From IMG/VR virus record IMGVR_UViG_3300028833_000055, positions 110,446-174,445 of that record: a DNA stretch of 64,000 nt. One strand, written 5' to 3'. The DNA is from a virus. Its lineage: Duplodnaviria; Heunggongvirae; Uroviricota; Caudoviricetes. A program made the position numbers and the translations under genes. This document shows, piece by piece, positions 57,498 to 64,000 of this stretch. Every line of letters starts with the position of its first letter. The stretch's first letter is position 1. Under the pieces are notes generated by a model, which was given only the letters and a program-made list of their open reading frames with translations, was not told the origin of the DNA and searched no databases.

Positions 57498-57977
57498 TTA
57501 AAATAATCCTTCGTTTTCGGTCTTCTTTTCATCATCCTTTTCCACAGGATTCTTCTTGATAATAACCTTGTCCTTGTTATCAAAGAAGTTCCTCTTGATA
57601 AGGTCGAGAGCCTTCTCCACACTTTCCTTGTCAAACATATAGGCGGTTTCAAGTTCCCTGACACCAATTTCATTTATCTCCATATATTTGTTAAGAACCT
57701 CATCCTCATACTTGCACAAGATGTTCTCTTTCTTTTTCCTCTGGTCTATCTTGAGTTTCAGGAACGAAGGCATATCGTTATATCTGGTGGCGAGCATAGC
57801 GACCAGGTTGGCGGATGTCTCCGGTTCGGAGTCAAGACTGTTTACAAGATTGCACTGTATCGGATACTGGGCCGAAAACAACCGTTTCAACATAAACGAA
57901 TGTTTCCTCTTGTCTGCACTTGAGACAGCACCCGAGTTACGATGACAAAAATAATTTAAAACTTCGTACAGTTCCAT
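57498..57977 (-). CDS. possible clamp loader small subunit (gp62-like)
   Basis: Size and the segment SFMLKRLFSAQYP..CNLVN resemble gp62; replication-type promoter; ends NEGLF. Confidence 0.4.
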   Translation of the reverse strand: MELYEVLNYFCHRNSGAVSSADKRKHSFMLKRLFSAQYPIQCNLVNSLDSEPETSANLVAMLATRYNDMPSFLKLKIDQRKKKENILCKYEDEVLNKYMEINEIGVRELETAYMFDKESVEKALDLIKRNFFDNKDKVIIKKNPVEKDDEKKTENEGLF

Positions 57978-58005
57978 ATATCAAATATAACAAAATTTCA
58001 AAAAC

Positions 58006-59184
58006 CTAATCCTTTATAAAAGACATATCACCATCGTCCTTTACACCCTTCAAGGCGTTTATCTGAATGGTACCCTTATAGTCCTTGAACCTTGAATTGG
58101 AGAAAAGTCTTTCCTTGGTTATTTTCGAAATCAGAACACTGTCCTTCAAAATCTCGTTGGATATGTCCAGCACCATATCCGACATCACATAGTCGGGGAT
58201 AGTCTCATCACTTAACACCACGAGCTTTGCGTTGGTCTTCAAGTTCTCGACGAGCATCCTCTTGGTGAAGTTCTCGTCCTTGATTTTAACAACTTCGTAT
58301 ATTATGTTGCTCAACATCATCAAGGCGTCATCGTTCATATAAATCATATAGTTGAACGGACAGCCGATTTTATTCCTGAACTCGTTGTAAATCTTCTCTG
58401 CGGTCTTCTTTCCAATCCCCTTCGAGCGGGTGTTATCGTCACCACGTTTGTAGTACACTGGATAGATATTGTCTGAAGCGTCACCCGAAACGACTTTCAT
58501 AAACCTTACCACCTCCGGTTCAACAACTTCTATCTCCATATTGGAAACGAGCTTCCTGAACGGGTCACTCTCGACAAAAACGGTAAACGGTTCACCGAAA
58601 AGATTTTCCGGTGTCAATTCCCTTTTCTCGTCGAGAGACTTTATGAAATCATCGGTTTCCTTCGAGACATACATCTTGTTGGTAAGGGGTGCATACTGGA
58701 TTATATGAACACCATCGACACACTTTACAAGCTGTGTAAGGTCTCTGTCCGTAGACAATATCAACGAAGACTTTCCGTTCTGGAACAATGTCTCGCTCCA
58801 AGCGTAAATCAAATCGTCACCTTCACTTCTCTCGACCTGTGAAACCTTGATGCCGGATTTCTTTAAAGTTTCCGAAAATGAAGACACGACTTCATTGAAA
58901 CCATCCTTGTCGATATTATCCTGGTTCTTCTTCCTGTTACCCTTGTATTCCTGTTCGAGCAGAAGGTCCTTTCTCCAAGAATGTGAATCCTCTATGAATA
59001 CGATGTCGTTCAAGACAGAACCCATCTGCTTGACGATATTACAAAAATCCATCATAAGTTTCCTTTCATACACATCCCTGTCGTTCTTCGTGGAGAGGAC
59101 TTTCTTGCCGCCCTGCTTGAATATTCCCCAGAGACTTCTGAAAAAGAAATTATGTCCGTCTATTATCAATGTAAATCTTTTCAT
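58006..59184 (-). CDS. rnh: 5'-3' exonuclease / T4 RNase H-like
   Basis: IIDGHNFF, EDSHSWRK...YKGNR, EGDDLI, LSTDRDLTQL, GDASDNI...GIGKKTA. Confidence 0.9.
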   Translation of the reverse strand: MKRFTLIIDGHNFFFRSLWGIFKQGGKKVLSTKNDRDVYERKLMMDFCNIVKQMGSVLNDIVFIEDSHSWRKDLLLEQEYKGNRKKNQDNIDKDGFNEVVSSFSETLKKSGIKVSQVERSEGDDLIYAWSETLFQNGKSSLILSTDRDLTQLVKCVDGVHIIQYAPLTNKMYVSKETDDFIKSLDEKRELTPENLFGEPFTVFVESDPFRKLVSNMEIEVVEPEVVRFMKVVSGDASDNIYPVYYKRGDDNTRSKGIGKKTAEKIYNEFRNKIGCPFNYMIYMNDDALMMLSNIIYEVVKIKDENFTKRMLVENLKTNAKLVVLSDETIPDYVMSDMVLDISNEILKDSVLISKITKERLFSNSRFKDYKGTIQINALKGVKDDGDMSFIKD

Positions 59185-59203
59185 ACTCTAAATATAACAA
59201 AAA

Positions 59204-59929
59204 TTACAAATCCTTGTAATTGGTCACTATCCTCAACACAGGCTTGCTTCTCTCGGCCACACTGGGAAAAACAACCAAGTGGTTTACAGTCTCATCACCT
59301 AGTCTCTTCGCAAGGTCTTTGTTGTTCGAGAAAAGCATACTGATGAAGTTCACATATTCATCGAACTCGAAGTTTATACGGAATCTTCTCTTCATATAGT
59401 CGTTTGGAAGATACTCGAAGAATATGAACATCCTGTTTATGAAATCCATAGCATCCTCGTTCAAGGAGTCCGAAAGATATATCTCCATCTCCTTGACATC
59501 ATAGACTTTTTCAAAAAGTTCACTCTTGTTCCCCTTGAAATTCTCATCGAGAATATTCATACAGTCCGACACAAGTGGCGAATTTTCAAGGAAGGTGAAG
59601 TCCACTACGGCCATATTCTTGAAAGTGGTGAACACACTCAAGATAAGTGTCATCACCTTGTCGTCATATTTTTTCTTCCGGCAGATGTCGAGGCAGTTCA
59701 ATATGGCGTTGTATGCGTCACCGATTAAAATGTTACGGACTATGTGCTTTCCATCACTATTCTCCGTGAACCCGCCGAAAAGACAGTCGTGAAACACAAG
59801 GGAGGCCTTGTCCTCGTAAGGCAGATTTATGTTAAGTCTCCTCACCTGCGATATCCTCGTCATATAGACATCGTTTCCACTTTTTACTATTCCATTCTCT
59901 TCCATAAATAATAAAAATACATTCCTCAT
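59204..59929 (-). CDS. hypothetical protein (start 59929 or 59905 rather than 59974)
   Basis: A promoter motif at about 59931-59941 lies inside the track N-terminus. Confidence 0.6.
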   Translation of the reverse strand: MRNVFLLFMEENGIVKSGNDVYMTRISQVRRLNINLPYEDKASLVFHDCLFGGFTENSDGKHIVRNILIGDAYNAILNCLDICRKKKYDDKVMTLILSVFTTFKNMAVVDFTFLENSPLVSDCMNILDENFKGNKSELFEKVYDVKEMEIYLSDSLNEDAMDFINRMFIFFEYLPNDYMKRRFRINFEFDEYVNFISMLFSNNKDLAKRLGDETVNHLVVFPSVAERSKPVLRIVTNYKDL

Positions 59930-59943
59930 TAAATATAACAAAT

Positions 59944-60432
59944 ATGGACATAAAGGAATTGAAACCCGTTGCATACGGAAAATTCAAGCAGGGGTACTAC
60001 AAACCAGTACATCCCGAGAAGTATGTAACAAACAAGAACCAGATTATCTTCCGTTCATCCTGGGAGTTGAAATTTATGAAATGGCTTGACTCGACACCGG
60101 AGGTTCTCGAATGGGCGTCAGAACCTATCTCCATAAAATATTTCTACACTATTGACCAGAAAATGCATACATACTATCCCGACTTCTATTTTTCTTTTAA
60201 GAAACAGGATGGAAGTGTGATAAAATACATTGTTGAATGTAAACCATCCAACCAATTAAAGCAACCAGACCCTCCAAAAAGAAGAACTCCTAATACTATT
60301 AAAAATTACAACTACTTGATGGAATGCTGTATCAAGAATTCTTGTAAGAGAGTTGCGGCTAAGAAATGGTGTGAAGATAATGGTTATCACTATGTTTACT
60401 TAACTGAGAAGTCAAATTTGAATTTTTTGTAA
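59944..60432 (+). CDS. gp4: head completion nuclease (T4 gp4 / TnsA N-terminal-like)
   Basis: GYYKP.HPEKY...IFRSSWELKFMKWLD...WASE...YYPDF...VECKP. Confidence 0.8.
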   Translation: MDIKELKPVAYGKFKQGYYKPVHPEKYVTNKNQIIFRSSWELKFMKWLDSTPEVLEWASEPISIKYFYTIDQKMHTYYPDFYFSFKKQDGSVIKYIVECKPSNQLKQPDPPKRRTPNTIKNYNYLMECCIKNSCKRVAAKKWCEDNGYHYVYLTEKSNLNFL

Positions 60433-60530
60433 TTTTAAACTATATATTTTGATATTACAAATGAGCCATTTTTTGCCTTTGTTAAATACATAAATACAAT
60501 GATATACAAACTAGTTTTACTTTAAGATAG

Positions 60531-63500
60531 ATGGCGGCTGCCGTTGGAATGAACGATATTGCTAAGATGCTTTCCACCAGAGGTGGGGATATTTCCACCA
60601 TTGGCGGAGCCATAGGGTGTATGACCGCCATGATAAGCGCCGATGCAAGGGAGAAGGACAACACCACCTCGAATGATGTCAAGCAGATAAAGGAGTTTGT
60701 CTGTGGTGACGGTGGAACACTCGGTTCACTTTTCCAGTATATAGGCGGTCTCATACAGGAGCAGACCAAGGAGATTCAGAAACTCGCTGTCGGTAACAAG
60801 TCGAAAAAACTTGTCAAGGACGATATAACCAAATCGTTGAAGAAGGTAAGCGATGGTATTGAGAGCAAACTCGACAAAATCATAGATTCCCTTAAAGTGA
60901 TAGCAAGTTCACAGGGTGGAAATGTGAAATGGGGGAATATCAAGAAGTTTAAGGATTCTGTCGAGAAGTTCAAGGATTCCATCAAGCTGGACAAGAAGAG
61001 AATGAAGAATGACAGAATAGCGAAACTTCTTGAAACACTTGAAAAACTGAAAGCCGTCAATCTCAAAGACCTTATATCGTTCAAGCCGAAAATGAAACTG
61101 CTTGAAGGAATCGCCCCACAAATCAGTAAGTTCGGTAAGAATTTGAATGCAAAAAATCTTTCCAAAGCGAATAGTTTCGTCGAAAGTCTTCCGGGTTTCC
61201 TCAAAAACCTCAAGAAGGTGTCGATAATGTCGAGGTTCGTAAAGGAAAAGGATTTGAAGAGAATCTATAAGATTTTAGGTTTTGGCGGTAAAAGGGGTAA
61301 AGATGATTATTCGATACTCGGTCTGATAGACAAGTTCGCCGCCTTGAACCAAAGGAAGGTCGATAAGGCGAAAAAGAATGCCGCCGCCATATTCGGTATG
61401 GTGAAGGATATTTGTTTCGGTATCGGACTGCTCGTATTGTTCTCACCGGCGATAATCATTGGAGGTATTCTTGTAAAACCGTTGCAGTGGGCTTTATTCG
61501 GATTCAAGGGGGATGGTGGACTCATCGGACTGTTAAGCAAACTCGCCGACAATGATAAGAAGATAAAGAAGGCCAACAAGGCGATAATGTGGATGTCACT
61601 TGGTCTTGTCACACTTGGTATAGGTCTCGGTGTTTTATTTGCTTTGACTGATAATATTGACCTCGCACAACTTATACTGGTTGCCGCCACAACGGCCGTT
61701 CTCGCTCTTGTTACCGTCTTATTGGGTAAGAAGAAGGATGAGATAAAGGAAGGTGCTGAAGCGATGATATATCTGGCGGTTGGTGTGGCTGCTCTCGGTC
61801 TTGGTCTCGGTATTTTGTTCTATTGTACACAAGATGTTGATTTGATGCAACTTCTGATGGTTGCCGCCACGACCGTCGTATTTGGTCTTATAACCGGTAT
61901 ATTCGGTGAGTTCAAGGACAATATCAAAGAAGGTGCAGAGGCGATGATGTGGATGTCGTTGGGTATAGTCGTTCTCGGTATCAGTCTCGGTATTTTGTTC
62001 TGGGCGACCAAAGATGTCACTTGGGAGCAGATGGCTATGGTCGGTGCGTCTCTTTTAATCTTTGGTATTTCCACCGTTGTTCTTGGTGTATTGAATAAAG
62101 ACGGAATGATTTACGAAGGTGCTATCGCTATGGCGGTTATGGGTGCGGCTCTTATTCCATTCGGTTTCGCTATGAAACTCATAATGGGTTCTGTCAGGGG
62201 TTTGAAGTGGAGCGAGTTCGCCATAGTTCCTGTGGCTCTGCTTATGTTCGGTGGTGCTGTCGTGGGTCTTGGTGCCTTGATGTGTACCGGTTTTGGTGCA
62301 ATCGCTTGGGTTGCCGGTCTTGGTGCAATCGCCGGTCTCGGTGCGGCTCTGATACCACTTGGTATCGCTATGAAACTGTTGATGAAGAGTGCCAAGGAAG
62401 TGAATTTAAAGGATATTGACAATCTTTCCACCGCTGTAACCAAGATATTCAAGACATTCTCCGATATGGAGGATACCGGTTGGAGAGACAGGAGAAAGAT
62501 GAGAAAGAATGTCGATGTCCTTGAATACATAGGACACAAACTGTCTCCGCTCGCAAAGAGTCTCAAGACTTTCAACGATGTCGCTCCGGATTCGATAGAC
62601 AAGGCGATGAAGGCTATACTTAAAATCGCTAATTTCTTCTTCTCTCCGGATAGTGAGTTGAACAGTATGAATAACAATTTCTTGACTAGAATTAAGGCGA
62701 GAGCCACAGCGAATACGATAGGAAACATAACCAGAAACTTCAAGGGTCTCGCAGACGGCTTGAGGACATTCAACGATGTCGCTCCGGATTCGATAGACAA
62801 GGCGATGAGGGCTATACAGAGGATTGCAGAATATTTCTTCCAGCCGAAGAGTCTGTTGAACAGCTTGTTCAGAAGGTCCGCTAAAAAGGATGCCGATGCA
62901 ATAGGTAAGATTTCGGGTTGTGTCTATAATCTCGCAAAGGGTCTGAAGGATTTCAACGAGGTCGGAAACAGGTCGATAGACAAAGCTATGGAGGCTATAC
63001 AGAGAATAGCCAACTATTTCTTCTCACCGGAGAGTATATTGAACGGTCTGTTCAGGAAATCCGCTACAAAGAACGCCGATGCAATAGGTGTCATCGCAGA
63101 TGATATGTACAAGGTCGGAGAGGCGTTGAAGACCTTCAAGGAAGCGGGTTCAAAGAGTATCGACTATCTGGTGGAGAGTGTTAATAGGATAAGTAAGTTA
63201 TTTTTTGGGTTTAATGTTAGACCCGACTGGACGATGGCATGGTCTATCAGATGGTGTATGGAGGAGATTTCGGAGGCTATTGGAGATTTCGCCGATGAGA
63301 CGGAAGGTATAAATCCGGATGATATTCTGAAATATATGACCGTTGTAACGAGAATTTCAAACGAAGTGCTTGCAAGTTGGAAGGATGAATACACCAAACA
63401 CGCACTCGGTATAAGTACAAGTATAAATTCTCTTGTGAATACGTTTGACAATTCGGGATGGTTCTACATCGAGAAACTTGAAGCCACGAAAGACTTTTTC

Positions 63501-63974
63501 AAACAGATGTCCAATCCGTTTTTTGTAGCCGCCGGTAAAACCCTTTCAAACGGAAGCACCTTCTTGAAGACGGTGGATAAGGTTGATATGGACAAGGTAA
63601 CCGCCTTGACGAATATGTTTGATGCATTTTCTTCAATAGGCAGCTGGCGTATGAACATATTCGGTGGTTTTGACAAGCGTGTAAAACAGTTTACCGAAGC
63701 ATGTATAGAACTTGTAAGGGCAATCAACGGAAATACGGAGGCTATAAATAATAGCGACGAGGAAGTTACAATCAAGAATGAAAACGGTGAAGAACAGAAA
63801 GTCAAGAGGAAGGACGCCGAACTTCTGCCAAAGCAGATGAAACTCTTGAATGTGGATGAACTCGCTATGGCTATCGCAGACCAGATGAACAGTCTTAATG
63901 TTGATTGTGACGCTAATGTCAATCTCCAGATTAACAATGAGAACGGTAACGAGTGGAGAATTTCAAGAATGTAA
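60531..63974 (+). CDS. tape measure protein
   Basis: 1147 aa, helical, with a central hydrophobic Gly/Ala-rich block, ~61-66 aa repeats (FNDVAPDSIDKAM at 62571 and 62769) and a late promoter at 60489-60496. Confidence 0.7.
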   Translation: MAAAVGMNDIAKMLSTRGGDISTIGGAIGCMTAMISADAREKDNTTSNDVKQIKEFVCGDGGTLGSLFQYIGGLIQEQTKEIQKLAVGNKSKKLVKDDITKSLKKVSDGIESKLDKIIDSLKVIASSQGGNVKWGNIKKFKDSVEKFKDSIKLDKKRMKNDRIAKLLETLEKLKAVNLKDLISFKPKMKLLEGIAPQISKFGKNLNAKNLSKANSFVESLPGFLKNLKKVSIMSRFVKEKDLKRIYKILGFGGKRGKDDYSILGLIDKFAALNQRKVDKAKKNAAAIFGMVKDICFGIGLLVLFSPAIIIGGILVKPLQWALFGFKGDGGLIGLLSKLADNDKKIKKANKAIMWMSLGLVTLGIGLGVLFALTDNIDLAQLILVAATTAVLALVTVLLGKKKDEIKEGAEAMIYLAVGVAALGLGLGILFYCTQDVDLMQLLMVAATTVVFGLITGIFGEFKDNIKEGAEAMMWMSLGIVVLGISLGILFWATKDVTWEQMAMVGASLLIFGISTVVLGVLNKDGMIYEGAIAMAVMGAALIPFGFAMKLIMGSVRGLKWSEFAIVPVALLMFGGAVVGLGALMCTGFGAIAWVAGLGAIAGLGAALIPLGIAMKLLMKSAKEVNLKDIDNLSTAVTKIFKTFSDMEDTGWRDRRKMRKNVDVLEYIGHKLSPLAKSLKTFNDVAPDSIDKAMKAILKIANFFFSPDSELNSMNNNFLTRIKARATANTIGNITRNFKGLADGLRTFNDVAPDSIDKAMRAIQRIAEYFFQPKSLLNSLFRRSAKKDADAIGKISGCVYNLAKGLKDFNEVGNRSIDKAMEAIQRIANYFFSPESILNGLFRKSATKNADAIGVIADDMYKVGEALKTFKEAGSKSIDYLVESVNRISKLFFGFNVRPDWTMAWSIRWCMEEISEAIGDFADETEGINPDDILKYMTVVTRISNEVLASWKDEYTKHALGISTSINSLVNTFDNSGWFYIEKLEATKDFFKQMSNPFFVAAGKTLSNGSTFLKTVDKVDMDKVTALTNMFDAFSSIGSWRMNIFGGFDKRVKQFTEACIELVRAINGNTEAINNSDEEVTIKNENGEEQKVKRKDAELLPKQMKLLNVDELAMAIADQMNSLNVDCDANVNLQINNENGNEWRISRM

Positions 63975-64000
63975 TTTTTTGTTATATTTAAGTTATAATA

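Larger units (their letters stand above)
1834..60496. promoter_or_regulatory. recurrent late promoter (T)CATAAATA, analogous to T4 TATAAATA
   Basis: Seen at 1834, 4095, 7047, 12335, 13978, 15847, 17415, 24043, 28849, 37125, 37137, 38569, 40692, 43076, 47296, 55303, 56598, 59903 and 60489, upstream of structural and CTS-tagged genes. Confidence 0.8.
4105..63990. promoter_or_regulatory. recurrent replication-type (middle) promoter TTTTGTTAT[A/T]TTT
   Basis: Seen at about 4105(+), 11025, 12320, 21183, 22162, 22406, 23194, 24830, 28826, 30181, 31015, 31908, 34946, 34986(+), 42624(+), 57983, 59190, 59931 and 63977(+), always upstream of replication or MTase-class genes. Confidence 0.8.

Noticed and set aside
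59944-60432. TnsA transposase indicating a Tn7-like element
   Set aside because: There are no TnsB/C genes or terminal repeats; the late promoter and context fit T4 gp4 head completion nuclease.
1-64000. Stop-codon reassignment (TAG to Gln, as in Lak-type phages)
   Set aside because: Long genes (981, 956 and 1147 aa) are intact in the standard code, and TAG serves as a sensible stop at 5842, 20455, 26510 and 29492.

Overview
This is a 64 kb segment of a large T4-like (jumbo) myophage genome in the standard genetic code. The host is probably Bacteroidota, based on TAnnTTTG promoters, a DUF4494-like gene and AT-rich leaders without Shine-Dalgarno sequences. Core genes include portal, gp41 helicase, UvsX, GroES, gp47, a probable sliding clamp, family-B DNA polymerase, gp33- and gp55-like late transcription factors, tail and baseplate genes, RNase H, gp4 and a tape measure protein. 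The main observation is an array of DNA methyltransferase genes (11 MTase genes or half-genes plus one fused RM-like gene) clustered around the clamp and polymerase. Nine of them end in the same x-L-[W/F]-COOH tail as the DNA polymerase and the gp33- and gp62-like proteins, which suggests methylation tethered to the sliding clamp. Many of these genes follow one promoter motif placed 6-7 nt before the ATG, so their mRNAs are probably leaderless. Other notable features are a T4-like capsid-targeting motif on about 10 late proteins, a RimK/protease/GNAT module, a ribosomal S1 homologue, a shared GGFGGL C-terminus and apparent GATC avoidance. All family assignments come from motif recognition by eye; no database searches were run.
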